A stretch of DNA of 63,423 bases, counting the filler, from Choristocarpus tenellus KU-1152 (taxonomy: Eukaryota > Protista > Phaeophyceae), in assembly GCA_964200185.2 (NCBI GenBank). It is 10 parts of 10 records of this genome, joined end to end, with 100 filler letters (N's around TTAATTAATTAA, not from the genome) between each part and the next. Parts side by side here need not be neighbours in the genome. Positions count along the whole stretch, not along the records: positions 49,492 to 53,253 come from CAXNAD020018084.1; positions 53,354 to 56,467 come from CAXNAD020022229.1; positions 56,568 to 63,423 come from CAXNAD020007210.1; 7 more parts are not named here. One strand, 5' to 3'. The position numbers and the translations under genes are program-made. The notes under the pieces are model-generated. The model saw only the letters and a list, made by a program, of their open reading frames with translations, was not told the origin of the DNA and made no database searches. This document shows, in pieces, positions 49,756 to 62,570 of the stretch. How positions within the stretch are numbered: the first letter of the stretch is position 1; each line of letters opens with the position of its first letter.

Positions 49756-50069
49756 GAGTGAGAGTATCTCAGAGGGTACGAGTTTTGCCCTGTTTGTCTG
49801 TTTGGGGCTTGAGTGTAAGTATCTTAGAGGGTATGAGGTTTTCCCTGTTTGTCCTTCTGGGACTTGGCTTTCCACGGGTTTATGATGTCATTTTATCCAC
49901 TCCAAAAATTTTCGACATAGGTAAAATGTATACGTTATGAAAAGGTGTGTCTAGAACAAAGTTATTGACATCTCCTAACAAACATGATTGCCAAAATTAC
50001 ATCAAAAATGCAATATTGGATTTGAGCCCCCAAAAGGACGCGGCTCTACCCTCTAAGATACTTCAACTC
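49756..50069. mobile_element. MITE family 1 copy with a duplicated left end
   Basis: tca|gagtgagagtatctcagagggta.. (49756), second start gagtgtaagtatcttagagggta (49811), end ctaagatacttcaactc|tca. Confidence 0.88.
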
Positions 50070-50419
50070 TCATGCTGCAGCGGCATGCATAATTGCCATT
50101 TGGTAACATAGGGACTTCAGTTCGGTAGGACCTCCATGTTACAGCCCGCTCAAGAAGCTTACCTCCACAGGATGTATAGCTCCAATCTACAAGCCTATTG
50201 ACTATACTGATGCACGTATAGGACTCCTGATGCACAAGTCGTCAAGTATGCTGGATCTCTCACTTGGATTATCATCAATATCATTGTATAAAAAGGAACT
50301 GGTCTACGATGTCTTATCAGAATCGGAGGCCAAAATGATAAAATAATAAATAAATAGTCATTGAAAGAAGTACAAATATATCAAATCTAGGACTTCAAGG
50401 TCATAATGGTGTTTATGAA

Positions 50420-52160
50420 ACCGCCATCAAGACATATCGCCTGTAACACCAATTCATGGCCCTCCGCACAATCCCTGAGACCAGCACGCTGGATTCCTCG
50501 TGTATAGTTTTTTTACTCGCTGCCGCCAGACATTTTGTGAGGGGGAAGGATCTGTTTAACAGGTGCCCAGTGGTTGGGTGCAGGGGCATAATGTCGACAC
50601 CCAACATGCGTGCACCTGCCCTAGGGTGGGGGGACAAATGCACCACAACATGCTGATAGTGATATTCCTCAGTCACCTCCACAGGGGAATGGACTCCCTT
50701 TGTACTATGGAGGATGGTAGCCCGTTCGCAGTGAAGCGGAACCTCATCTCCCTACTACCGTGACAAAGACCTCCTTCTTGATTCTACGTTTGCAGAGGCA
50801 CAACCGCCTTGTCATCTGCCCCACTCATCCACCAGCAGCAATAATGTAGGTGCTGCTCACTATAGTGATAGCTTATGCGACTGGGATTGTCCCGTCATAA
50901 CCTTTGATGTAGACATCGGATTAAAAAAATAAAAGCATATTCGTGATGCCGTCACAATGCCCTCCAGAATACGGGCTTGGTTTTTTGTTTTTCATCATTT
51001 TTTTCTATTTTTGAAGAAAGAGCACTCATACTGGGTTTCGAACCTTGGATTGCAGGTCAACAAGAGAGCCAACAGATATACTATTACTTGATTAAAGTAT
51101 AGGGCTTAGACGGGAAAAAAACCTCCCCACCCTTTCTTCGTGTGTGTTCATGTACGCACTCTTTGACCTCGCCAATGATGTCCTCGTCGAGGCCCAGAAC
51201 GAAACGCCTCTCGTCGCGCCCTTGCTCCGACACCTTGATGTGGCTCTTAGTTAGGAAGTCTCTCTCCCATTTACTCACAGTTTCCGACCTGACCATTGCG
51301 TATCCTGCTGCCATCTTGAGCGCTGTTTGACAGTCTTCCCCATCGTTCATACACAGGTACAGGATTTGCAGTGATAGAGCCTTTACTATCACATTTCCTC
51401 GTTGAGCGCCAGAAATGGGTTACCTTCTTTCGGTATTCAGAGCCCTTGTAGCCCAACCCTAACACCTTCTTTCTCGTTTCCTTAAGCCACTCCGGCTCGC
51501 ACAGCTCCAAACAGCCAGGGCCTGCTGCAACTGTCACTACAAAAACTCCTACACCGGGGTTTCGCTTAGGCGTTTCCTGAGTGCAATGGCACATAGTCGC
51601 ACTGCTCTTCTTCCCAAACTTCCCTTTGGCCGGTAACTCTGGTTCTTCCTTTTCCCACCATGACCAGGCTTCCCCACAGACTTCATCACTGTACCACCCC
51701 GGTGATGGACTCACCGCTCTCTTCCTGCTTTCCCATGGCAACAGAGACTGTAGAGCAGTGCTCTGACGTGGTGGAAGATCCAACCATGTTTGTATGGTAA
51801 TGCGCTCAATGCATCTTCTCTCAGCGTCAGTGTCGTGACCGCGTGGTCCATTTCGCGATTCGATCATGCTGCAACGCCACACTACTTGCACTTTCTCGTC
51901 ACCTAACATCGCACTGAGTTTCACACGGTACTTGTTTTTCCGGCCCCTCTCGATAGAGAAGACGCCGAGGTTAGATCCAGAGGGCAGAGTGGCCTCGGCG
52001 GCTCTCCTTGTCTCTTCATCGCGGTTCATGTTGCTGCGTAAGTCACGTGTATGTGTCCTCACAGAAAGTCTGCAAAATGCGTTAAAAGATGTGCGGAAAT
52101 CTTGTTTTTTTCCGGTAAAGCCGCACCAGCCAAACTTGGAAAAGAACCTACCCCGGACCA
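50420..52160 (-). pseudogene. Degraded DNA-transposon gene, probably IS630/Tc1/mariner superfamily, with a long N-terminal ORF
   Basis: ORF 51084-51392 (ETVSKWERDF..VSEQGRDERRFVLGLDEDII..VKECVHEH..KG), downstream DVYIKGYD, DE../FTANG (frameshifted) and ESSVLVSGIV resemble the motif series of a widespread eukaryotic DDE transposase group; a 296-aa ORF lies upstream. Subfamily not established. Confidence 0.45.
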
Positions 52161-52399
52161 ATTTTCTGTAAGGAGTTCAGCCAACCGCGTCATTTTTGTC
52201 CGTTTTGAAGTCGAGACCTTCAAAATTGCGCCGGATACACTCCCCTGCGTTTTTCCATTATTTGATCGGGACATAGCTCCCGTTCCCCAAAGTCTAGACA
52301 TTTGTGAATACAATTTTTCAAAAGCTCTTGGCATACCCTTTCATTTGATATAAACATTATTGTATATCTGTTGCGGCTATATGGTGAAACAAATCAAGA

Positions 52400-52670
52400 T
52401 TGCCACAGACCGCGAAGCTACTGGTACCATTTTATGAGGGATCTTTCGATCTTCGTATTATTAATCTTAACTCCTTTGACGGTGGAAAATTTTGGGCGCC
52501 CTGGAAAGCAAGCAAAAAGCTTCTTGGATGAGTTAGCCATCTACTACGTAGCAGTCAGTAGGGATGGTAAAGGGGTTGTCAAGTCCAGTTTAAGACGGAG
52601 AGTGTCTGTCACTGCAGACGTGACACTCTTGAGCTGCGTCATGCGTATCAAGCTAGAGTCAGACACTTGG
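52400..52670 (+). mobile_element. 3' fragment of a non-LTR retrotransposon (restriction-like endonuclease tail, CRE-like)
   Basis: LTPLTVENFGRPGKQAKSFLDELA...SLRRRVSVT matches the PxAVExFGRLG..A..FL..LA..R.R.SV pattern. Confidence 0.65.
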
Positions 52671-52859
52671 TAGGTGACCAAGAAAAGGCCTGTCAGTTTC
52701 TTGGGATGATTTCCTAGCTCCTCGCCCATATTTGTGGGGCTAAGCTAGGTTATGAGCATAATAGTGTACACTTTGCTTTTGTAGAGATACCAACCTTTAA
52801 GGGAGTATTGTTGAATTGTTAGTTTCTTGAGAGGTAGCTACTGCAATGATGATAGGTAT

Positions 52860-53253
52860 GAATCGTGTGATTCTGTGGCGGCGTGGTTCACTCAGGCAAG
52901 AGTGGTGAAGAGAATCACCGGGCAAGATGGACCAGATAAACAAAGACAAACCGTAACCGAGGGTACAAGTGGACAAGTGCATATTGAGGAGTGATGAGCA
53001 TCATCAAAGATGGGGGCTTCATCACCACAAGTCAAAACGTGAGAACAAAGTGGATCTTCCATGTGTGATAACTCTGGATGACGAGTTGTCCCAAGTCTGT
53101 GGGATTGGTCTCGTGAAGAGATTCCAGGGTTTCATTCTGACGGAAGGTTCGCCAGTGGAATCATGGATGCTTGACAAGGAACCTCAATCGGTACAACGGT
53201 ATGGCGATATATGGCATACGGTAATAACGTTATAACTACAGAAAACCATGCTT
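52860..53253. repeat. ~400-bp dispersed repeat, copy 2
   Basis: Homologous to 27976-28378; ends at a gap. Confidence 0.85.
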
Positions 53254-53366
53254 NNNNNNNNNNNNNNNNNNNNNNNNNNNNNNNNNNNNNNNNNNNNTTA
53301 ATTAATTAANNNNNNNNNNNNNNNNNNNNNNNNNNNNNNNNNNNNNNNNNNNNCTCTTTTCCCCAT

Positions 53367-53560
53367 GGCTCAAAGTATCTGGGGGGGGGGGGGTTGTGGC
53401 TCTCCATTGTTCATTCCAGGCTCATTTTTCCATGTTGCGATTTTTGGGTGAATTTGGTTGCATGTGTCAGATGGATAATGTGAGTTCTCTTCTCCTCATC
53501 GGGGCCTCAATGGACACCCTAGTGTAGACCTCCCCTCCCCCCCCCCAGATACTTTGAGCC
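53367..53560. mobile_element. MITE family 2, best-preserved copy (194 bp)
   Basis: TIRs ggctcaaagtatctggggggg / cccccccagatactttgagcc. Confidence 0.92.
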
Positions 53561-54112
53561 CAACCTTGTGAGCCTTGTGACTGGCCATTTCACACCAGAG
53601 AGCAATACAAGGCTTCATCCAGGAAAGGATGAGACACTCCACTCAAGTATGTAACCATGGATCACAAGTATACAACAGAAACGAATATATATTCACAACA
53701 CCAATGTTTAGCGCCAAATGATATATTTTTTTTTGATCACGATGTCTCCTGCAACCTAACAAATCATCCAGAAAACAAGCTTCTTCTTGTCAATAGGGTG
53801 TTGGTAGGATCAGGGAACTTAACCGAGGTCAATAGGGTGCGGTATGATCCAGCAAGAGACCATTGGCAGTAACTTTTTAGGTACCTTAGCACCTCACCCC
53901 CATCAGCTAATGATCTTCGTATCGTGAATATTGTCCCACTAAGACCCATTCTCTGGTGTCAAAAATTGGGGGTTTCCTAGGTTTAGTTCGAGGTCTGCCG
54001 ATCAAAAAAGGCCCTGATCGTCTCACAGGGTGAGAGGGTCAAGAGGCTATTTCAGTGTGAGAACGTTCCTATCTATCAAACAAACTCCAGTTGATGCTTC
54101 GACTTTCAGTCA

Positions 54113-54190
54113 GCATTGCACTAGATGGAGTCTTACATTGCACTAGGTAGTCTCACATTGCACTAGATGGGGTCTTACATTGCACTGGGT
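54113..54190. repeat. Short tandem repeat (cattgcactagatggagtctta, ~x3.5)
   Basis: Directly visible. Confidence 0.85.
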
Positions 54191-55170
54191 CCATCTGCTC
54201 CACACCTACAAGTACCACTGTTGTTACCAACCTTCAGTACAAACTTCAATCCAAGCTTCAATGACACGGGATGAAAATTCAAACACAACAACACATTTTC
54301 TAATTCATCTCCCTCCCCCTTCCCCTCCCCAATCAGTGCCCCTGCTTAAAAAATCCCCCCAACCTCTCCCCTCAACCCCCTGCATGAGTGACAACCCTTC
54401 ACCTGAGGATAACCATTGAACGGAGTCACAGCAATCCTCCTAAATCCCTGACGTAGCACTGTTCCCCTTTCGCCCTCCTCCTCCTTGGGCTCCCTGGTCA
54501 CTTCTGGCAGGGCCTCTGCATCCAGCCCAAAGGCAGTAGGGACGGGCACGCTCCACGTGATGCGGTTGCAACGGCGACTCGTGGACGCCTCCCTAGTATG
54601 TTGAATTGAAGTGCATAAATTTAAAGGCGTTTAGTATTAGGTGCCTCCAGACCGACAAGTGTGAATACATGCATCAACAAATACATCAATCTAGTGTGCC
54701 TTTTTGAGAGCCAACACTGCTCTGCGGGCAAAGGCATAGGATACTGTCTACATCAATAGATAGATCCAGACACATACATACATATATACTGCGTGTCAAG
54801 ATGTGTCATTTATCATCCCCTGCAGTGCAAGGATGCGGAAAGCGTAGGAAGACAGGTGGAGAGCACAAGTTTTAATGAAGATGATAATATGAGGGGGGGG
54901 GGGGGGGGTTGGCAGAATCGAGTGCGAAACGGGGATGGGTCGAGGGCCAAATAGCATGGCAGCAGTAGATCCTTCCTTCAAAGTATACTCTTGCAGAGGA
55001 TATTACAGGAGGACATTGAGAAGTGGTTGGGTTGAAGGGGTGGGGAAGGCACAGGAGCACCACTGGAAGGTCAAAAGAACAAATGGGCTCTCCGGCAGGT
55101 CCTGATGCCTGCCCGTCAAGAGGTCAATCTCAAAGACGAGAAACGCCCAAAGCCCACACGCGATGCTACT

Positions 55171-55268
55171 TAAATAGCTACTTTTCCGAGCACATACATC
55201 ACTCACTACATGTACATGCTACATAAATAGCTACTTCTCCAAGCACATACATCACTCACTACATGTAC
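55171..55268. repeat. Tandem duplication of a ~53-nt unit
   Basis: taaatagctactt.tcc.agcacatacatcactcactacatgtaca occurs twice. Confidence 0.88.
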
Positions 55269-58200
55269 AAACCTGACAGTTCCGTTGAAATAAGTTCCGT
55301 TGGGAAAATTTCCAGTCTCGATGAAGGGGTTGATGGTCACCTCAACCCCGCTGGTAACAAAATATCGGTCCGGTTTCCGCCCTGAAGTCTTGATATCCCC
55401 TGTGTGACAAAAGTTGGGGAGAGCAAAGGCCATGCGAAGCTGCCCCCCCCGCCCCCGCCCCCGCCCCCGCCAACAAACATGCACACCAAAATTAAAGCAC
55501 GAGGTAGTGGAGAGGTTTACAAGGGCGAGAAAGAAATGATTCATGGGGGGTGTCGGTGGCAGGCGGAGGCAGGTGAAGGATGATATAATCCTTCTTATCC
55601 CTTTCAAGCTGGTGCTATAAAGGGTTTCGGAATTGCGGCAGGCCAGCGGGAAGAAGGAACTGTTTTGGCAAACACATCGCCAGGTCTCTCCTCGCTGCAC
55701 GTATGGGAATATTCTTTGAAGTGTATGGTATGCCTGCCTCTGTACCCAAGTACATACGTGGACATTAATTAACTTCTTGTAGGAATACTGCAAAGGTGTT
55801 GAATAAAAAAATTAATAAAACAAAAAAAATTGCAAGGTGTTAAGCGAAAAATAAAACGGAACGCAAACACAAAAAATAAAAATAAAACGGAACAAAAAAA
55901 GCACAGCAGTAGTCCCACCTACTCCCGAGCACCTCTCCGAAACTGCTGCGGATCATCCATTTAGCAAAAAAAACAAACAGTATCACAATTAATTAACTAC
56001 GCTTCCACCTCCTGCTACACCTCAAAAGCGGAAATTGTTAACAAACCCATTCTAGTCACTTCCATGCACTCATTCTCAGCACGCAGACACAACCAACCTT
56101 AAAGCCAAGGCACAGAAAGAGCCTTCACACACACACACACACACACACAAAAACACAAAAAAGCGGACAAAACATGGGAAGGGGGGGGGGCATTCAAATC
56201 AACAACACTCGATTGTGGACGCATGTGCACCATAAAAAAAGAGGCGTTTTAAAGCACACCGCACCACACAGTAAATATATATATATATCACAAAAAAAAA
56301 AGTTTTTGCACTTCTTTCTTTTGTTTATTCTTTTTTTTAATTCTCCCTCACCTCCCTAGAGTTCGAACGATCCACCAGCTGCGGCTGTATCACCACACGG
56401 GGCACATATTCCCTAACCTCATAGTCTCTCCCGGTCTTGAATACCCTGTACGGCTGAATCTCGGACGNNNNNNNNNNNNNNNNNNNNNNNNNNNNNNNNN
56501 NNNNNNNNNNNTTAATTAATTAANNNNNNNNNNNNNNNNNNNNNNNNNNNNNNNNNNNNNNNNNNNNGGACCAGATCCCCCCAGCCCATCCACCTGAATC
56601 TTCCCCTCCCCTCCCCCCAATCTGTTCTGTTCATTTTGGTCTGTTACAATGACTGCGCTTGCTGAAGGTTGAAGTCAATTTTCCTGTATCTAAGGCTATC
56701 AGAGGACAAGCCACTAAGTCAATAAAATCTGTTCTCGATCATTACTCTACCCTTCTTCCAACTCTGTACTCTAGGTGCCTTCAGGATAGGGCTGGGATTT
56801 CGGTCAAGTTTGGGGCATGAATAAGGGAGAGAAACTGACATGCCAATTTCAAAAACACACAAGTACTCCAAAGTACTGTATGACGATATTTGTAAGGTTC
56901 TGGTCGTTGATGGTTGGCATCTTCTACTTTGTTCTTGACCTTACCTTCCTGTATGGCCATGGGACTACAATACTCCTGAAAATAAATCTATCACTGACAG
57001 TCCCTGAAAAGCTGAGCTTCAACTCTGCCGAACGTAGGACCCGGAAACTGCCCACTCAAACCCATTATTCATTGCTCGGGCAACATTTCTCCCCTTGTAC
57101 ACGAACAGCTAGTTGTCCCTGAAGACAATGATCAATTCATCGACTACAGTCTGGACATGGATGCCATTCGTGTAGGATTTGGGCACCTCCGGAGACGGAA
57201 AGACATGAATGAAAAGGTAACCTTTCTAGGTCAATGAAGTTTAGAGCAGCACAATCGACAATCTACTCCTGTGTAGTTTTTATAATATGTCCTTGAAGAT
57301 GTTGAACTTAACCACAATGGAATATTTTGAAAGCGATAGGACGGATCCAGCATGACTGAACTGCTCCCCCTCTCCTCTATATACTTGGGATGATCACAAC
57401 TACCCGTGACCCAAGCATTGGAAGGCGTTCTCCATTCACTCACTCAATACATTCATGAAGTAGGTAACGCTTCCTACCTCGGTACAATGCAGTGGGAACT
57501 CCAAAGGTCCCAACAATATCAGAGTGTGTTGATCCACAAAAAAATTACCCTCGCACCAACATCTTCGACAAAAAAAAATACAACAGATAAAACAAGCAGA
57601 AGAAATCGATCTTCAAGAAATCACCGATGACCAAGCTTCGTCAGGTGCCCGGGATGTTCAGCGCCAGCAACGCCTTCAAATCAAGGGCAATGAGGGTGTT
57701 GACAAGGACAGCAGTCCAGCTAAACTGGGCACCATTACTCTTGCGTCAAGGAATTTTGAAGAGTATCAGCAACAGGAAAAGGATGACTGATCAGATGCCT
57801 GAGGCTCAGTACGGTATGCTATGCAAAAAGGTTTTGGATTGATCCAGCATTGACTCAATCAACTTAAGCAAAAGATGGCATATAGACAGGCGTTAATCCT
57901 AAGTGGTCATCACAAGGGTGCTAAGAATATACACTCCACCAAACAGCACTTAGGATACAATTGATTGATTCTACTCCACCAACACAAGTCATCTCAACAT
58001 CAAAAATAAATAAATAGAGATACCTTCACAATTATAGCATTACCCTGGGGGTGGATAACTACTCTCAGGCAAGGTGGTAAGTATCACATCACGTAACTAT
58101 CGACCGTGGAGTCTAACCCCCCAAGTCCATCATCATCATTCATGGTTGTCCCAATGGGTCGAAACTTCCTTCGTATGGTCTGAAAAACAGTACTCTTCAC

Positions 58201-58402
58201 CCTTCTGTTTTATCATACTTGTTACGCCGATATCAAAACGGTGTATGTTTTATCATACTTGTTATGCTGACCCCATGCACATAGTCTACCAAGGAGATTT
58301 AATCCTCTCAACAGTAGTAACGAAATGCCCCAGGGAATACACATACACTGGAACAATGACAAAGGGAACAGAGGACTGACTGCCCTCAAATCACTCAGTT
58401 GA

Positions 58403-61400
58403 TCACCCCCTAGACGTTTTAGCTCCCTTTCCAGATGCCCTCGGGATCCCCTCTGCCTGCAAACCCCTCTTCAGATCAGCCCCTCCATCACCTCCACTAC
58501 CAACATCACCATGTGCTACATCCCTTGCCCTCTTTCTGCCTCTAGAGGAACTTCCCTCTCCACTTCGAATGCTTGTCTGTCCCTTACTTGAGGCATCTGA
58601 TGCAGTGTTACTAGCATCCCTCCACTCTACTCCCTCATCATTGCCTTCCTGATCAGGGCTATTACTGCTGTCGTCTGCATCAATAGACTTTTCTGAAAGA
58701 TTATACCGAGACACCATGGCACAGGCCCACAGTGCCTTTCCCACTCTCTCAGCGTCCCAAGGGTCACCTCCCAGTTCCAATGCCTTTTCTGAGAGAGCTT
58801 GTTGCACCTGTCCTCGCAGTGGCGATGTTGTATGCATTTATGGAGCTATGGTAGGATAGATTATGGATATTAAAAGGAACTTGAATATCCCATTATATAT
58901 ATACAAGGAGCTCTCAGAACCCTATATTGAACAGCTCATTCTCACATCCCTGTCTGCACTTTCTGCAATCTATGGATCTTGTGGACCTGTCAACCCAAAC
59001 AATTTTATCTTGCAACACAAGTGTTCCATTAAGAGAGAAGAAAGACAGCAGGCAACACAGAAAGCGCGATTGAAATCATGTTTTCGTTTCTTGTCCACTT
59101 CGGCTTCTCATTCTGTCCCTCACAAAACTCCAACCAATAACAACAACATATCCCTCCCTTTGCAAGGATAGTGTGACACCAATACGTAACCATCATTGTA
59201 TCCATACCTGGAGGTATTCTCCAATGGTGTACTTCCGTTGGCCTGTACCCATAACAGCATCAATAACCTGCATTGTTTTTCAAGAAGAGCTTCTTGGTGG
59301 TCATTGTTGACTGACCCTTCTATGCATGTGGCGTGTTAATTGCCTATGGCTTTGCCGCCTAATCTCACACTTGAGCTCTTGCTAGACCTCGCTGTCTCTA
59401 TAGTCAAGGACTGAGCTTCAATGCACATAATACGTTGTTCGGATATTATACTCTTGGCTCAATTCTAATATTTCTAAACATCATGAAGGACCTAGTATCC
59501 ATGTTTATGTTTGGTTTGTTGATTTGATTGGACATGATCACTCTTTCCGCTTGCTCTCTTGAATTCAATGTAACCAAATCACTAGAAAAGCACGCTTGCA
59601 GTTTGTCGATCAATCAATTTTCTGTCTTGTGGTACTACTGCATAGTTTATAGCGCACACTAATTATCTAAACACATCAACTAGCCACAAGATCGTCACTC
59701 CAACAAAAAAAACAGAGCAAAAATATAAATCTATAGTGTAACGAAATGAAGAAGTTGAGAGCAAAGTTTAAGAAAAATGTGAAAAAGTTTTAAATAGAAC
59801 AATTTTGGGAGGTATCACACAGGAAACCAAAACAAGCAAGAATCGTCAAAGTAATGTGAGACAAGTATTGGACAAGTTGATTAAGTAGTTGTGCAAAGGG
59901 ACGAGTGTACACAACATGACCAAGAGGAAATTGATTTGGGGCCTGGTGAGAAATTTCCAGAACCTTTGACTGTGAAGGGTGTGGAATCTGATTTGAATAC
60001 TGAAACTTCGGAAAATGATTAGTTGATGGTGAGTGCTACAGACCAGGGGGGCTGAGAAGGATGGATTGATGTTGAGACAAGTGGGTTGGATGGAATGCTA
60101 GATTTTGACCTCGGGCATGATGATCCGATATCGCATAAGGGGAACGAGTCAAAGTATCTTAGAGGGTAGAGCCGCGTCCATTTGGGGGCCAAAATCCAGT
60201 GTGGTGATTTTGATGAAATATTGGCTATTGTTTTTGTTAGGAACTCCCAATATCCTTGTTCCGAACATACAGTTTCATATTGTATACATTTTACCTACTC
60301 TCAAACATTTCGGTTTAGGAAAATGTCATTAAAAAAACCCATGGGAAGTCAAGCCCCAAACAGACAAACAAGGCAAAATTCATACCCTCTAAGATACTTT
60401 CACTCAAGGAGTGGGAGGAACACAATGTTACTGCAACTTGCAAATCATAACAATGACCCTCCACTTGACCTAGTTGCATCATTTGAGCATCAACCAAGTA
60501 TGAGAGGAGACAAGTTGGTCTGCTTGTGGGTGAGGAAGCAAGTTTACTTTCACCTGAACCAAGGTTGATGAGGTAAGCTATGGAGTATGAGGAATGGCCT
60601 TTGTGAAAGTGGTTGTGGAAGATAGGGTGATAGACTTGGACAATAGGTGAGCCTGGATCTAGGTTAGCTTACCCATCAAATAGACACAGGGTTTTCAACT
60701 GAGGGAGGTGGGCATATTCACATTGAACCAGAGTTGTATATTCACAATCTAGTCACGCAACTGCGACTGCAAGTGACCTACCAATAATTGCCAGGAAGGA
60801 TGAGTGGAGGGACCATTCCAAAAGGATGTAGGTCCGTGGTTGGAGGAATACAATGGGCACTCAATGCGACGACTAGGCATGACGTGTCTTAGACAGTTTG
60901 CGTGTTAGCATCTTGTGTTGAGGAACCAGGCTTGTCAGATTAACTGGATGCAGATAGAGTGATATGGAATTTGTTAGGTGCATGTTAGGTATATGTAAGG
61001 GGAGCATGTCAAGCGTATGTTTGAACTCTTGTGTGAAAGAAGATGAAGGAGGCTGTCAGCGGAGAGACATCATATGATTGAGCCCTATAGAAGAGAAGTA
61101 GAACGTGGACTAACGAGTGGCAATACAAGAATAGTAATATCGTGCAATTTAAGAAGACAAGTTTAACAATAGATACATGGAGACTGTTGTCCAATGGACA
61201 ACGGACTAAAAATGAATATTCAAAAAGTTGTTGGTTTAGCTAGGATGACGATGGGAATGTTTGGATTTATAGACAGCCCTCCCCATCTGAGTGAACTCAC
61301 TCCTCCCTGTTCCTCCTCTCCTGTTTAACAAGGACAATCGCTATTCATTTACCGAAGTCCTGGAAACATTGACTTCCTTAACATGACTGCACAGTGCTCA

Positions 61401-62570
61401 AGGAAGTGAAACTACCACATTGCTTAGTACAATAAATTGTCTCTTGGATTTGACACAAGGGAAAAACAACACAGCCAGTAACTCCTGCACACAATGATAC
61501 CCCACCTCATCCGCCATGAACGGGCAGGCACCACAATACGCCGCCAACACTGCCGACGCAGTCGCTGGTCCCACCCCCTTGAGTTTTAAGTCCCCCTTCC
61601 CTGCTGCCATCAATTGCACTGCTGCTCGGGGATCAAACCTCGACATTTGTGCATTACATTTACCACCAGCAGGGAGGTGTGACAGAGCTGCTGAGCTTGA
61701 GGCACGGACCTGAGTCACGTAAAATCAAACGAACTGATTGAGATTGCTAGCCAATTTCAAAGGCACACATGCTCCCAGTCATTGAAAAAAATAGCACATG
61801 GCACAGGTTGGATTTGTTCACCTCAAATCATTACCCCGTATGTACAGCGAGGAGAAAGCATGGTCTAGGATTCACCACAAGTGCACAACTTCACATTGTG
61901 TCATACCACATTTTCTTGCACCCTTTGGCACTGCGTCATACATACATTAATCTCATTTCAACATCCGAACTGCAGAGCAAAATCTTGGCATGATCACCAA
62001 CCTTGTCTTCAGAATTGGAACGCACGTTGTTCAAGAGGTTTGGGCGGTCCTTTCCGCGCCTAAGCTTCCAGAGTGCAATCCGTTCAAGCTCAGCTTTGGT
62101 TACGTATGGTGAATCTCCACGCGATCGTATATTCAAGGGGAGTTCCTTCCAAGTGGTGTTTCAAGTCAGAACACAAACACATGCACAATAAGGGCTACCG
62201 GATCAATTGGTCGCTATTTCTAGATGGGCAAACTTTATTATTTCGTCGCAATTCATTATCAATACACCTTAAGAGTGTATGCTATTGAAGTCCACCGTGC
62301 AACGCATCACCCGTGGTAGCATCAAGATATTGTAAAAAAAATGTCATTAGGTCACAACAGCGAGTATTACATGGTCATTGTTGGAGAGGTCCAAGGAAAA
62401 ATTTACAGCATAAAAATGAGACATCATAACCACCGTTGTTGTCCTTGAAGTGCAACTGGTGGGAACACCTTGAGCAACATACCTCACGCCACCAGCGGTC
62501 GAGTTCCAACAGCCCTGGTTGTTCAGGAGTATCCTTTTCAGAAGAAACACACCTTATACCCTCAGCATAC
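58403..62570 (-). CDS. Amun-like helix-hairpin-helix DNA-glycosylase-fold protein; 3' part of the gene, first exon not located
   Basis: Exons (-): 62570-62483, 62145-62002, 61709-61506, 59267-59208, 58807-58403 (TGA), phases consistent. Product: LLELDRWWREELP..YVTKAELERIALWKLRRGKDRPNLLNNVRSN..LKGVGPATASAVLA..PFMADEV..KYTIGEYL..WDAERVGKALW, then an acidic/basic tail with RGRKRAR. Confidence 0.88.
60146..60405. mobile_element. MITE family 1 copy in an intron of the Amun-like gene
   Basis: gagtcaaagtatcttagagggta...taccctctaagatactttcactc. Confidence 0.92.

Noticed and set aside
23500-58300. Fanzor/TnpB nuclease or endogenous giant-virus genes in the TE-rich interval
   Set aside because: I saw no RuvC plus zinc-finger motif series and no intronless viral-type gene array; a heavily degraded copy cannot be excluded without HMM searches.
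12856-62570. Functional cluster of genome-maintenance genes (ZUP1 and Amun-like)
   Set aside because: They are ~40 kb apart across nine artificial gaps, and eukaryotic proximity alone does not imply a system.
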